Shown: positions 1 to 10,334, counted from the first letter of the stretch. The stretch is 64,000 nucleotides of DNA from an uncultured Gemmatimonadales bacterium (GCA_963783385.1 CAWANJ010000009.1:736001-800000), one strand, 5' to 3'. A program made the numbers and translations. The notes: generated by a model from the sequence alone, not told the origin.

Positions 1-430
1 TCGAGTGCCCCCCGGCCACCGGGATGCCCGCCTCGGAGCACGCCTCGGCCGCGCCTACCAGGATGGCGGCCACCACCTCCTCGGGTAGCTCTTCGGCGGG
101 GATCGCGAGGATGTTGAGCGCGAACAGGGGCCTCGCATGCATGGCATACAGGTCGCTGAGCGCGTTGGCGGCCGCGATGGCGCCGAAGTCGGCCGGGTCG
201 TCGACCACGGGCGTGAAGAAGTCCAGGCTCGCGACCACGGCGCGGTCGGCGCCGAGGGCGTACACGACCGCGTCGTCCGGCGCCTCGAGACCCACGAGGA
301 GACTCGGGACCGACCCGATGGGAACGTGCTTAAGCAGGGTTTCCAGGTCCTCCGGACCCAGCTTGCACGCTCACCCGGCGCCGTGGGAATATTGCGTGAG
401 CCGCACCCGGGCCGCGGCCGGTGTGTTCAT
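1..430 (-). CDS. selD: Selenide, water dikinase (selenoprotein form; in-frame UGA at 373-371), runs off window start
   Basis: Manual translation from ATG 430: MNTPAAARVRLTQYSHGAG-U-ACKLGPEDL...DDAVVY...DFFTPVVDDPADFGAIAAANALSDLYAM...GGHS. These are canonical SelD motifs, with TGA at the catalytic Cys/Sec position. The ORF track stops at the TGA. Confidence 0.95.
343..361 (-). promoter_or_regulatory. Candidate bacterial SECIS hairpin
   Basis: CTGGGTCC-GGA-GGACCTGG stem-loop beginning 9 nt after the selD UGA; apical loop starts with G, 17 nt from the UGA. Confidence 0.7.
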
Positions 431-579
431 GTGGGACCCTCGCGTGCGGGGCTCGAGTCTCGCCTGGCGTCCCGGCGGTCCTTCCGCCGTGACCGTGGAC
501 CCGGCGAAGGTAGGGGCGGCGCGGGCCTTGCGGCAACGAGCGACGCACCCCGGGGGCCCACCCAATGCATGGGGCGATC

Positions 580-1266
580 ATGGGATGGTTCCACCGACCC
601 GACCACCGATCCGAGCCCGACGACCCGGACGCGCTGCGTGCGCGCATGGTGGACCGCCAGATCCGCGCGCGGGGTGTCCGGGACCGGCGCGTCCTCGAGG
701 CCATGACGCGCATCCCCCGGCACCTGTTCGTGCCCGCCGCGCGCCGGTCCGACGCCTACGCGGACGCCGCCCTCCCCATCGGGCAAGGCCAGACCATCTC
801 CCAGCCCTACATCGTGGCCTTCATGACCGAGGCCCTCGAGCCCGCGGACGGACTTCGCGTCCTCGAGGTCGGCACGGGCTCGGGCTACCAGGCGGCAGTC
901 CTGGCGGCCTGCGCAATGGAGGTGTGGAGCGTGGAGCGCCTGCCGGAGCTCCAGCGGAGCGCCGCCGAGGCCCTGCGCGACTCCGGCCTCGGCGACCGGG
1001 TCCACCTTCGACTCGGCGACGGCTCGAAGGGCTGGCCGGAGGAGGCCCCCTTCGACCGCATCGTGGTGACGGCGGCCGCGTCCACCGTGCCGCCCGCCCT
1101 GCTCGATCAGCTCGCCTCCCCGGGGATCCTGGTGGCGCCCGTCGGCGGCCCCGCACTGCAGCGGATCCTCCGCGTTCGCCGGGACGCGCAGGGACGTCTG
1201 AGCGAGCAGCCGCTCGAGGGCGCGCGCTTCGTCCCCCTGGTGGTGGACGAGGAAGGGGACGTCTGA
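580..1266 (+). CDS. pcm: Protein-L-isoaspartate O-methyltransferase
   Basis: PRHLFV, AYADAALPIGQGQTISQPYIVA, VLEVGTGSGYQAA, APFDRIVVTAA, RFVPLV motifs; start may be 565 or 580. Confidence 0.93.
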   Translation: MGWFHRPDHRSEPDDPDALRARMVDRQIRARGVRDRRVLEAMTRIPRHLFVPAARRSDAYADAALPIGQGQTISQPYIVAFMTEALEPADGLRVLEVGTGSGYQAAVLAACAMEVWSVERLPELQRSAAEALRDSGLGDRVHLRLGDGSKGWPEEAPFDRIVVTAAASTVPPALLDQLASPGILVAPVGGPALQRILRVRRDAQGRLSEQPLEGARFVPLVVDEEGDV

Positions 1267-1302
1267 GGGCCGCGCGCGCAGCTCCCGTCGGCCGTCCCCG
1301 GG

Positions 1303-2967
1303 TCAGCGCTTGAGGCGTTGCCCCCCGTCCTCGGTCCGGAACACGTACGCGGCCAGCGCCCCCGGCCGGATCTCACCGCTGCGGCTGCGGACGTCCAGGT
1401 CCGCGACCGAGCCCGCAGCGGCCCCGGGGCCCTCCACCTCCTCCGCGACGAACGCCCGGCAGCGCTCCGCCCAGTCGCTCCACGACCGCACGCGCAGGTC
1501 CACCCAGCCGCGCGCCGCCAGACGGTCCACGTCCACGGGCTCGTCCGGGCCCGGCGAGACCTCCACGTCCGGCCCTCGCAGCAGCCTGGCCCCGTCGGGG
1601 AGGAGCACCGGGATGCCGACGGACAGCATGTCGGAGCGGAGGGTGGCGTCTTCCTCCACGAGCTCGGCGCTCCGCCTCGCCATGCCCTCCGGATCCATGG
1701 CCGCCGCCGCCTCGAGGTCGGGTAGGAGCCGCTGGAGCAGCGAGGCCTCGAACAGCAGCTTGCTGAGCCGCGGCGGCCCCAGCATCTCGAACGCGACCGA
1801 GCGCACCCCGTGCTCCGCCTCGAGCTCCTCCATGCGCCGCAGCGCCGCCTCCCGCAGCACGCCACCCCGGTAGGTCGGGCCCGAGCAGGCACCGTCGAGC
1901 GCGCCGACAATGTCGCGGCCGGTGGGCCGGCCCTCGATCTCGGCCACCACGGTGGCCGCGATCTCCTCGGGAGTGATCACCTCCATCATCCGCAGGGTGG
2001 AGATCGCCTCGAACTCGCCCAGGCTGAAGCGGCCGTTCTCGCCGGCATCCAGGTAGACGGATTCGAGCACGCCCTCCGCGGCTCGATACGCCTCTCCGGC
2101 TCCGTCCCCGGCGAACGCCGAGGCGACAGAGATGGGCCCGGTGGCGTCGAAGCGCTGGATCGGCCGGTTGCCGCGCAGCACCGGACCGTAGCCGATCTCC
2201 TTCCAGGCGATGGCCGCGGTCGGCTTGATCTCCTTGACGGCCGGCGCGCCGTTGGTTCGGGCCATGAGAAAGAGGAGGAGCGAATGGGCCCCCGCGAGGC
2301 TCGACTTGGCCAGCAGGGTGGCCGACGGCCGCTGCTCGGAGTGGGTGAAGGGGATATCGAGGCCCATGCCCCCCGTGCCGGACGTGCCGATCTTCAGGTA
2401 CACGCGGGTGCCGGCCCGGCGGATCCCCTCCAGGAGCAACTGGATGTGGCGGATGAGCTGTGGAAGGTAGAGCGTGCACAGGTGAGCCTCCACCTCGGCC
2501 CTGTCCACGCCCTCCTCGGAGCCCACCAGCCGGCGGAGACGGCGGGCCGAGCCGAACACGTCCTGGTAGGCGATGGCCGTCGCCGTGTTGATGCAGTCGA
2601 CCAGGATGTCCGGTCGATGGCGCTCCAGGAGGGCGACCAGGGCGGAGCGTCCCACGGCGTCCGCATCGAGCGGGCCGTACAGGTCGTCCAGCAGCCGACC
2701 CCTGCCCTCCTCCTCCTCCAGGAGCTCGCGGCGGGAGCGCTCCCGGTCGGCCTCCCGGAGGAAGACGTCTCCCCACTCCGGCACCAGATCCACGCCTCCC
2801 GCGGCCGGATGCGCGGCCAGAGCCTCGACCGCCTCCCGGGCCTCGCCCTCTCGCAGCCCGGCCACCACGACCCGCGCGGGGCCGCGCCCCAGCACCTGTC
2901 GGGCGATCGCCGATCCGACCAGCCCCGTGCCGCCGAGCAGAAGGACCGTCTTTTCCCCGAGCTCCAT
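1303..2967 (-). CDS. Uncharacterised Rossmann-fold (SDR/KR-like) protein, 554 aa
   Basis: N-terminal GGTGLVG dinucleotide-binding motif; start abuts the rluB stop. Confidence 0.7.
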   Translation of the reverse strand: MELGEKTVLLLGGTGLVGSAIARQVLGRGPARVVVAGLREGEAREAVEALAAHPAAGGVDLVPEWGDVFLREADRERSRRELLEEEEGRGRLLDDLYGPLDADAVGRSALVALLERHRPDILVDCINTATAIAYQDVFGSARRLRRLVGSEEGVDRAEVEAHLCTLYLPQLIRHIQLLLEGIRRAGTRVYLKIGTSGTGGMGLDIPFTHSEQRPSATLLAKSSLAGAHSLLLFLMARTNGAPAVKEIKPTAAIAWKEIGYGPVLRGNRPIQRFDATGPISVASAFAGDGAGEAYRAAEGVLESVYLDAGENGRFSLGEFEAISTLRMMEVITPEEIAATVVAEIEGRPTGRDIVGALDGACSGPTYRGGVLREAALRRMEELEAEHGVRSVAFEMLGPPRLSKLLFEASLLQRLLPDLEAAAAMDPEGMARRSAELVEEDATLRSDMLSVGIPVLLPDGARLLRGPDVEVSPGPDEPVDVDRLAARGWVDLRVRSWSDWAERCRAFVAEEVEGPGAAAGSVADLDVRSRSGEIRPGALAAYVFRTEDGGQRLKR

Positions 2968-3705
2968 CTATCCTCCGTGCGTACGAACTCTCGTCTGCAG
3001 GGCCTCCCGCTCCGCCGGGCGCAGCTCGCGCCACGCCCCGGACGGGAGGTCGGCCAGCTCCACCGGGCCGAACGCCACCCTCTTCAGGTAGCGTATCCGG
3101 GCGTCGAGCGCATGCAGCATTCGCCGGATCTCGCGGTTCCGTCCCTCGTGCAACGTCACCAGGAGGACCGGGCCCGGGCCCGCATCCGGCAGAAGGCTCG
3201 ACGCGTCGGCGGCCGCGAGACCGTCCTCGAGCTCCACTCCCTCGAGCAGCCGCCGGGCCAGGCCCGGCGGGGCGGGCGCCACCAGCCCGACCTCGTAACG
3301 CTTCTCGACCTCCGCCGAGGGATGGAGGAGCCCGTGCGCCAGGTCTCCCTCGTTCGTGAGGAGGAGGAGTCCCTCGCTCATGTAGTCCAGCCTTCCGACG
3401 TGGAACAGCTCGCCGAGCCCGGCGGGCAGGCCATCGTACACGGTGGGGCGACCCTGCGGATCGGACCGGGTGCACAGCGTTCCGGGCCGCTTGTGAAGCG
3501 CGATCCACCGCGGCGGGGACAGCTCGACCCGGCGGCCGTCCACGGTCACGTCGCTGCTGGCCGGATCGACGCGCGAGCCCATCTCCGTGACCACTTCGCC
3601 GTCCACCCGGACCCGCCCCTGCCGGATGAGATCCTCGCTGGCCCGCCGCGATGCCACCCCGGCGCGCGCCAGGTACTTCTGAAGTCGCATCGAGCCCGTC
3701 GTCAC
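2968..3705 (-). CDS. rluB: 23S rRNA pseudouridine synthase (RluB/RsuA family)
   Basis: MRLQKYLARAGVASRR S4 domain, VGRLD catalytic motif, EGRNREIRRM; GTGA overlap with scpB stop (alternative start ATG 3690). Confidence 0.9.
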   Translation of the reverse strand: MTTGSMRLQKYLARAGVASRRASEDLIRQGRVRVDGEVVTEMGSRVDPASSDVTVDGRRVELSPPRWIALHKRPGTLCTRSDPQGRPTVYDGLPAGLGELFHVGRLDYMSEGLLLLTNEGDLAHGLLHPSAEVEKRYEVGLVAPAPPGLARRLLEGVELEDGLAAADASSLLPDAGPGPVLLVTLHEGRNREIRRMLHALDARIRYLKRVAFGPVELADLPSGAWRELRPAEREALQTRVRTHGG

Positions 3706-4355
3706 GGCGGTGGGCCTCCGCTGGCGGCCGGCCCCTCCGCCGCCGGATCCTCCCCGCCGGCCGGGTCCGGCTGCGCCGCCGGCTCCAGCGCCGCGAACAG
3801 TCCGGCCTGATCCCCCGCGGTCCCCTCCTCGCCTCCGCCCAGCGTCACGCTCAGGGCCCCGGGCTCGGGCAGGTCGTCGAGACCCTGGAAGCCGAAGTGG
3901 TCCAGGAAACGCTGCGTGGTGCCGTACAGGAGGGGCCGTCCCAGCCCTTCGCCCCGACCCACGACCTCGACCAGATCCCACTCCTGCAGCGTCCTGAGGA
4001 CGGAGCTGGACCCGACCCCGCGGACCTCCTCGATCTCGACGCGCCCGATCGGCTGCCGGTAGGCGATGATGGCCAGGGTCTCGAGGGCGGCCTCGGAGAG
4101 AATCGGCGAGCGCGGGACGGAGTCGAAGCGCTCCAGGTAGGGCGCGTACTCCGGCCGCGTGAGGATCTGGAACCCGTCGCCGAGACGGAAGACCTGGAAG
4201 GCACGATCCGACGCGTCATACGCCTCCCTCAAGGCCTCGAGCGCCTCGCGGACGCGGTCCGGGGTGAGCGCCTCGTCCGCTCGCGCCAGCTCATCGGGCG
4301 TGAGCGGCGTCTGGCTGGCGAACAGCGTCGCCTCGACGATCTGCTCCGGGCTCAC
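3702..4355 (-). CDS. scpB: SMC-Scp complex subunit ScpB
   Basis: IVEATLFAS, LSEAALETLAIIAYRQPI, EIEEVRGV, GRPLLYGTT. Confidence 0.93.
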   Translation of the reverse strand: MSPEQIVEATLFASQTPLTPDELARADEALTPDRVREALEALREAYDASDRAFQVFRLGDGFQILTRPEYAPYLERFDSVPRSPILSEAALETLAIIAYRQPIGRVEIEEVRGVGSSSVLRTLQEWDLVEVVGRGEGLGRPLLYGTTQRFLDHFGFQGLDDLPEPGALSVTLGGGEEGTAGDQAGLFAALEPAAQPDPAGGEDPAAEGPAASGGPPP

Positions 4356-4374
4356 GGGGCCGACCTCCGCGCGC

Positions 4375-5193
4375 TCACGATGCCGCCCCGCCCGAGGCCG
4401 CCTCCGCGACCTCCTCCTCCGGCTGGTCGGCCTCCTCGGCAAGCCGGGGTCGCGGGAAGATCCAGATCGAGCCGAACGGGACCGACTGCTCGATGCGCAC
4501 GAGCTGCTGGCGCGCCATCTCGAGGCAGGCGAGGAGGGCGGCCACGGCGTGCGGCCGCGTGCCCCACGGCTTGACCAGCCGCTCGAAGGCCAGGCGCTGG
4601 ACCGTCCTCAGCAGGCGGCCCAGCAGGGACATCTTCTCGTCGACCGTCACCACGCGCACGGGCGCCCGGTGCGTGGGCTCGGGGCCCGCCTCGGGCATGC
4701 TGCGCACGGCCTCGAGAAAGTCGTCCCGGCTCGTCTCCAGCTCGGGCAGGAGGTTCCCAGGGGACGGCCGCGGCTGCGAGTAGCCGCGCTCGAAGTGGCG
4801 GCTCCGGTCGGCCTCGGCCGCTCCCAGGACGTGGGCCACCTCCAGGAAGTGCTCGTACTCGAGCAGTCGCCGGACCAGGTCGGCGCGCGGGTCCTCGTCC
4901 CAGTCCGGGACCACGTTTCGGGGCAGGAGCAGCTGCGCCTTGATGCGCACCAGGGTCGCCGCCATCTCGAGGAACTCCCCTGCCCGGTCCAGCTCCAGCC
5001 GCTCGAGACCGGCCCCGAGCGCGGCCTGGAACTGGGCCGTGATCGTGGCAATGGGGATGTCGAAGATGTCGATGTCCTGGGAGCGGATCAGGTGGAGGAG
5101 GAGGTCCAGGGGCCCGCGGAAGCGCTCCAGCTCGACGACGAACGGCTCCGGCCCCAGGTAGGAAGCCGGTCCGGAGGCGAGGGCCCGCGCCAT
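4375..5193 (-). CDS. scpA: Segregation/condensation protein A
   Basis: FRGPLDLLLHLIR, DIFDIPIA, AGEFLEMAATLVRIKAQLLLP, EDPRADLVRRLLEY. Confidence 0.93.
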   Translation of the reverse strand: MARALASGPASYLGPEPFVVELERFRGPLDLLLHLIRSQDIDIFDIPIATITAQFQAALGAGLERLELDRAGEFLEMAATLVRIKAQLLLPRNVVPDWDEDPRADLVRRLLEYEHFLEVAHVLGAAEADRSRHFERGYSQPRPSPGNLLPELETSRDDFLEAVRSMPEAGPEPTHRAPVRVVTVDEKMSLLGRLLRTVQRLAFERLVKPWGTRPHAVAALLACLEMARQQLVRIEQSVPFGSIWIFPRPRLAEEADQPEEEVAEAASGGAAS

Positions 5194-5194
5194 C

Positions 5195-5860
5195 TCAGCT
5201 CAGCGCGTAGGCGAGCGCCATGGCCGCCCGGTCCAGGACGGTGACCGGCGAGAGGATCACGCCGAGGATCCCCGGAAAGAAGAACACGATCGCCAGCAGG
5301 ATGATGCTGTACCGGCTCAGCGCCCGGTAGCGCGCACCGAGGGCGGGCGGGAGGAAGTGATACAGCACGTGAGAACCGTCCAGCGGCGGCACCGGAATCA
5401 GGTTGAACACGGCCAGGATCAGGTTGATGAAGATCCCGTATCGGGCCATCACCTGCAGGACGGACGCGGACCGCGCCAGGCTGCCCCCGGTCCATCCGAT
5501 CAGATGACTCAGGAGGGCGAACACCAGCACCCAGCCGATCACCTGGGCGAAGTTGATCGCGATCCCGGCCAGGGAAACGAGGATGTCCCCCTTCCGGTAG
5601 TTCTTGAAGTTCCGGCTGTTGATGGGCACGGGCTTGGCCCAGCCGAACAGGAACGACCCGGGGAGCAGCCACAGGACGATCGGCACGACAATGCTGCCGA
5701 TCGGATCGATGTGCGGAAGCGGGTTCAGGGTCAGACGCCCGAGCATGGCCGGCGTGGGGTCGCCCTGCCACACGGCCACTCGCGCGTGCGCCCACTCGTG
5801 CAGCACCACCGCGAGGAGCAGCACGGGCAAGACCAGGACCAGCGTGCTGATGGAGTTCAT
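5195..5860 (-). CDS. Site-2 protease family (M50) membrane metalloprotease
   Basis: HEWAH zinc motif and NLIPVPPLDG motif; multiple TM segments. Confidence 0.9.
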   Translation of the reverse strand: MNSISTLVLVLPVLLLAVVLHEWAHARVAVWQGDPTPAMLGRLTLNPLPHIDPIGSIVVPIVLWLLPGSFLFGWAKPVPINSRNFKNYRKGDILVSLAGIAINFAQVIGWVLVFALLSHLIGWTGGSLARSASVLQVMARYGIFINLILAVFNLIPVPPLDGSHVLYHFLPPALGARYRALSRYSIILLAIVFFFPGILGVILSPVTVLDRAAMALAYALS

Positions 5861-5909
5861 CCCTTTCCCGTCCCCACACCCGGCGGACGCGCGCTCTTCT
5901 CGCTACACC

Positions 5910-5938
5910 TTGATCGCGCGCGATTCCGCATCTATGTT
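5910..5938 (+). promoter_or_regulatory. Candidate sigma70 promoter of rpsT
   Basis: TTGATC-N17-TATGTT, 45 nt upstream of rpsT. Confidence 0.55.
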
Positions 5939-5983
5939 GAAAGACTCGATTCGTGACCCTGAGAACACCGGAGTCGACGCACC

Positions 5984-6241
5984 GTGCCGAACATCAAGAG
6001 CGCCAAGAAGCGCCTCCGCCAGTCGGAGAACCGCCGTGTCCGCAACAAGTCCGTGCGGTCACACATCCGCACCCGGATCCGGGCCCTGCTGGCCACCACC
6101 TCGGCCGAGGACGCGCAGGCCCTGCTCCCGGACCTGTATGCCCTGCTGGACCGCGCGGCCGGCCGCGGCGTCCTGCATCCGAACACGGCCGCCCGTCAGA
6201 AGTCGAGACTGGCCCGCCACGTGGAGTCGCTCTCCGACTGA
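5984..6241 (+). CDS. rpsT: 30S ribosomal protein S20
   Basis: MPNIKSAKKRLRQSENRRVRNK...HPNTAARQKSRL. Confidence 0.97.
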   Translation: MPNIKSAKKRLRQSENRRVRNKSVRSHIRTRIRALLATTSAEDAQALLPDLYALLDRAAGRGVLHPNTAARQKSRLARHVESLSD

Positions 6242-6260
6242 CGCCGACCGGCGCGGCTCC

Positions 6261-7211
6261 TCAAGCCGCGCCGTCCCCTCCCTCCCGCTCCGCGGTTCCG
6301 TCGTCCTCGTCTTCCTCCTCGCCCTCGTCGAGCACGAGCGAGAGGGTGTCGAGTGAATCGGCGTCGTCCAGGGACAGCGACTCCAGGAAGTCCAGTTCGT
6401 CCTCGTACCCCGACTCTCCGCCGTCCTCTTCACCGGCGGCTTCCCCGTCCCCCGCCGGGACGGCGTCCGACCCCGGCGGCGCCTCCGGGCGCTGCTCGAG
6501 GAACGACAGCACGTCGTCCTCCTCCTCGGCCTCCTGTTCACCGACCTCGTCCGGGCCGGCGGCCGACGCCTCGGACCGCGTGGAGGCCGCCGCGCCTCCA
6601 CCCAGCGCCGGCTCGGGCATGGTGCCCGACATCCAGCCGGGCCTCGTCTGGAGTCCGGAAACCTCCGCGGCTTCGTCCTCCACGGTGGCTTCGTCCTCCA
6701 CGACTTCCTCGGCCTCCATCGCGTCGGCCGCCTCGGCTCCGGACTCCACGGCGCCTGGCACCGGAGCGTCGAGCTCGGCCAGGACCTCCTCCAGTCGATC
6801 CACCGCGGCGGCCTCCTCCTCCAGCCGGCCCTCGAGCTCCCCGAGGGCTCCCTCGTGCTCGGCCCGGTGGGTCTCCCACTCCTCGTCGGAGTACTCGCCC
6901 ACGCGGTGGCGGAGCTCGGCCTCCTCCTTCCGGGCGGCGCGCTCTTCGCGCTGTCCCTCGAGGTCCTCCATGCGCTCCCGGCGCTCCGAGAGCGACGCCT
7001 CGAGCCCGTCGCGGTGGCCCTTGAGCTCGTCCTCGACCTCGCCCAGGCGCTCCAGGTAGTCCTCGCGCACCCGTTCGTACACGGCCCGGCGCACACCGCC
7101 GACCTGACCGTCGAGCCTGGTGAGCCACCCCCGGTAGGTGGAGCGCCGCTCGAGGAGCTCGGAGATCTCCTCGGGTATCGTGGCTGTCCCGGTCCCTTCC
7201 TGGTCCTCCAT
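6261..7211 (-). CDS. Hypothetical acidic coiled-coil protein
   Basis: ATG 7211 (MEDQEG...); E/R-rich helical N-half and acidic low-complexity C-half; downstream of pyrC. Confidence 0.7.
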   Translation of the reverse strand: MEDQEGTGTATIPEEISELLERRSTYRGWLTRLDGQVGGVRRAVYERVREDYLERLGEVEDELKGHRDGLEASLSERRERMEDLEGQREERAARKEEAELRHRVGEYSDEEWETHRAEHEGALGELEGRLEEEAAAVDRLEEVLAELDAPVPGAVESGAEAADAMEAEEVVEDEATVEDEAAEVSGLQTRPGWMSGTMPEPALGGGAAASTRSEASAAGPDEVGEQEAEEEDDVLSFLEQRPEAPPGSDAVPAGDGEAAGEEDGGESGYEDELDFLESLSLDDADSLDTLSLVLDEGEEEDEDDGTAEREGGDGAA

Positions 7212-7252
7212 CCGATCCTCCGACAATGCTCGCGCTGCTCCTCGGTGGCCGC

Positions 7253-8590
7253 TCAGGCGGCCTCGTCCGGCACGCTCCGCCGGTATCGCTCCACACCGCC
7301 CACCAGGGTCACGTGCACCCGCCCGGTGAGCTCCCGTCCCCCGAACGGCGTGTTCCGGCTCCGGGAGAGGAACGCCTCGGGCTCGACGGTCCAGCGCTCC
7401 TCCGGGTCGAAGAGGACGATGTCCGCGGGGCTGCCGGGCCGCAACGTCCCCGCATCGATCCCCATGATCCGCGCCGGCGAGCAGGACATCCGGTCCACCA
7501 GCCCGGCCAGGGGCAGGTGCCCTGGCTCGACCAGCTCGCACATGCCCAGCCCGAGCGCCGTCTCCAGCCCGACGATCCCGAACGGCGCATCGTCGAACTC
7601 CCGCTCCTTCTCCTCGTAATGGTGCGGCGCGTGGTCGGTGGCGATCACATCGATCACGCCGTCCACCAGGCCCTGCCGCACCGCCTCGCGGTCCTCCTCG
7701 GTGCGCAGGGGAGGGTTCATCTTGGAGTCGGTCCTGTACCCGCGCACGGCCGTCTCGGTCAGGGCCAGGTGGTGGGGCGTCACCTCCGAGGTGACGCTCA
7801 GACCACGCTCGCGGGCCATCCGGAGTTGCTCGACCGTCTGCCGCGCGGAGACGTGGCACACGTGCAGGTGCCCGCCGGTGAGCTCGGCGAGCTGGATGTC
7901 GCGCGCCACCATGGCCGCCTCGGCCGCGTTCGGCTGGCCGCGGAGCCCGAGGGCGGTGGACACCTTGCCCTCGTTCATAACTCCGAACCCGGCTAGCTCC
8001 CGCACCTCCGAGTGCTGCAGGACCGGGATCCCGAACGTCTGCGTGTACTCGAGCAGGCGCCGCAGGAGCCCGGCGTTCCAGATCGGATGACCGTCGTCCG
8101 ACACGGCCACGGCCCCCGCGGCCACCATCTCCCCGATCTCGGTCATGCGCTCGCCGGCCAGGTCCAGGGAGGCCGCCCCGATCGGCATCACCCGTGCGCC
8201 GCCTGCGCGCTCACCCTCGGCGCGCACGAAGCCCACCGCGGCCGGGTCGTCGATCGGGGGGTCCGTGTTCGGCATCGTCCACACGGTGGTGAACCCGCCG
8301 GCCGCGGCGGCCCGCGCCCCGGTCAGGATCGTCTCCTTGTGCTCGCCCCCGGGCTCACGCAAGTGGACATGGAGGTCGATGAAGCCGGGCGCCACCACGA
8401 GGCCGTCCGCGTCCAGCGTCTCGCACCCCTCGGGGGGCTCCAGCGTCCCGCCGGCCGCCTCAATGCGGCCATCCACGACCAGGAGGTCGCCGACCCCGTC
8501 CACGTCCCGGGACGGATCGAGCAGCCGCCCCCCCTTGAGGAGGACGGGCCGCCCGCCCGGTCCGCCGGCCGGCCGCGGGCGCGAGCTCAC
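7253..8590 (-). CDS. pyrC: Dihydroorotase
   Basis: [42 protein letters not shown]. Confidence 0.95.
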   Translation of the reverse strand: MSSRPRPAGGPGGRPVLLKGGRLLDPSRDVDGVGDLLVVDGRIEAAGGTLEPPEGCETLDADGLVVAPGFIDLHVHLREPGGEHKETILTGARAAAAGGFTTVWTMPNTDPPIDDPAAVGFVRAEGERAGGARVMPIGAASLDLAGERMTEIGEMVAAGAVAVSDDGHPIWNAGLLRRLLEYTQTFGIPVLQHSEVRELAGFGVMNEGKVSTALGLRGQPNAAEAAMVARDIQLAELTGGHLHVCHVSARQTVEQLRMARERGLSVTSEVTPHHLALTETAVRGYRTDSKMNPPLRTEEDREAVRQGLVDGVIDVIATDHAPHHYEEKEREFDDAPFGIVGLETALGLGMCELVEPGHLPLAGLVDRMSCSPARIMGIDAGTLRPGSPADIVLFDPEERWTVEPEAFLSRSRNTPFGGRELTGRVHVTLVGGVERYRRSVPDEAA

Positions 8591-9565
8591 GCCTCTCCCT
8601 GCTTGGCGGCTTCGGCGGCCTCGGGCTTGCCGCCCGCCAGGAGGTAGAGGACCGCCATGCGCACCGCCACGCCGTTGGTGACCTGGGGCAGGATCATCGA
8701 CCGCGGTCCGTCGGCCACGTCGGAGTCGATCTCGACCCCGCGGTTCATCGGTCCGGGGTGGAGCACCACGAGATCCTCCCGCGCGCGCTCGAGGCGCTCG
8801 GCGCTCACCCCGAACACCCGGTTGTACTCACGCACCGAGGGGATGAACCCGGCCTTCATGCGCTCGAGCTGCAGGCGGAGGACGTAGAGGGCGTCGGACC
8901 ACTCGATCGCCTCCTCCACCCGCCCGAACACGCTCACGCCCAGCTCCTCGATCCCCAGCGGGATGAGCGTCCTCGGACCGCACACCGCCACCTCGGCGCC
9001 CACCTTGAGGAGGCCCCAGAATGTTGGATCGGGCGACCCTGGAGTGCAGGATGTCGCCCACGATGCAGACCTTGAGGCCCTCGAGCTCGCCGAACCGGTC
9101 TCGCAGGGTGAGGAGGTCGAGGAGCGCCTGGGTGGGGTGCTCGTGCTGCCCGTCCCCGCCGTTGATCACGTTGGAGGGGATGCGATCGGCCAGGAAGCGG
9201 GCCGCCCCCGAGGAGCCGTGCCGCATCACGACCATGTCGATCCGCATGGCCTCCAGCGTGCGCGCCGTATCCACCAGCGTCTCCCCCTTCTGCACGGACG
9301 AGCCGGTGGCGGAGATGTTGACCGTGTCGGCCGAGAGCCGCTTCTCGGCGAACTCGAAGGAGATGCGGGTCCGGGTGGAGGGCTCGAAGAACAGGTTGAC
9401 GATCGTCTTGCCGCGCAGCACCGGGACCTTCTTGATGCGGCGCTCGCTGATCTCCTTGAAGGGCTCCGCCGTGTCGAGGATGGTGCGGATCTGCTCGCCG
9501 GTGAGCCCCTCGAGGCCGACCAGGTCCTTGCCGAGCCCGGCTCCCGGGGGCGTGCCGTCCCTCAC
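8587..9565 (-). CDS. pyrB: Aspartate carbamoyltransferase catalytic subunit (apparent single-base insertion ~9020)
   Basis: [35 protein letters not shown] in one frame; RLQLER and [11 protein letters not shown] in the next; removing one T restores [13 protein letters not shown]. Confidence 0.92.
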
Positions 9566-10122
9566 CCGGCCTCCGGCGTGTCGACCAGGCACACGCACAG
9601 GTTGCCGTCCAGGTCGGGGACGCTGACCGCCACCTGGCGGCCAGGAGGGACCTCGAGGCGGCGGCCCACGTAGTCGGGCTGGATGGGGAGCTCCCGGCCG
9701 CCCCGGTCGACGAGGACGCACAGCTCGATGCGGCGAGGTCGGCCAAAGTCCGCCAGCTCGTCCAGAGCGGCGCGCACTGTGCGGCCCGTGAACAGGACAT
9801 CGTCCACGAGCACGACCCTGCGGCCGGTGATCTCGCCCGGCAGCTCGGTGGGCCCGATCACCGGTCGGGGGCCGACCTGCTCGAAGTCGTCGCGGTAGAG
9901 CGTGATGTCCAGGGATCCGGTGGCCACGGGTCCAAAGCCGGCCCGTTCCAGGTGTTTGGCGATGCGGTCGGCGAGCTCGACGCCCCGGCGGCGGATTCCC
10001 ACGACCATCAGGTCGCTCGGATCGTCGGTGCGGTCGGCGATGAGCCCGGCCAGCTCGCGGAGGGTCTCCTCCACGGCTTCCCGGTCCATCACCTTGTCGC
10101 GGCCGCCCGTCGTCCCGGGCAT
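9562..10122 (-). CDS. pyrR: Bifunctional pyr operon regulator / uracil phosphoribosyltransferase
   Basis: [45 protein letters not shown]. Confidence 0.95.
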   Translation of the reverse strand: MPGTTGGRDKVMDREAVEETLRELAGLIADRTDDPSDLMVVGIRRRGVELADRIAKHLERAGFGPVATGSLDITLYRDDFEQVGPRPVIGPTELPGEITGRRVVLVDDVLFTGRTVRAALDELADFGRPRRIELCVLVDRGGRELPIQPDYVGRRLEVPPGRQVAVSVPDLDGNLCVCLVDTPEAG

Positions 10123-10150
10123 GACCCTCCGTGCTCGTGGCGTGGGTGGG

Positions 10151-10252
10151 CCCGCACCCGCCCGGGCGGGCGCGGGACTCGAGGCGCCGGCCCTCTCGGG
10201 CCGACGGACCCGGCGCTGGCCGGAGTATACGGGCCGGGACACCGCCAATCAA
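10151..10252 (-). promoter_or_regulatory. pyrRBC promoter and structured leader
   Basis: TTGATT(10252-10247)-N17-TATACT(10229-10224), then hairpin CGGCCC-GAGA-GGGCCG (10203-10188) and a second GC hairpin (10176-10151). Confidence 0.6.
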
Positions 10253-10334
10253 CGGGGGACGGCGCGGCCTTTACACGCCCTCTGCCCCTCTCTAGGTTGC
10301 GCCGGCCGCGTTGCTGCCCGCGACCCACAGGGAG

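Noticed and set aside
24-1313. 429-aa and other long overlapping ORFs at the window start
   Set aside because: Alternative frames of selD and pcm, which carry the recognisable motifs.
9000-9030. Programmed frameshifting in pyrB and other genes
   Set aside because: No slippery heptamers at the shift points examined; the pattern fits sequencing indels.
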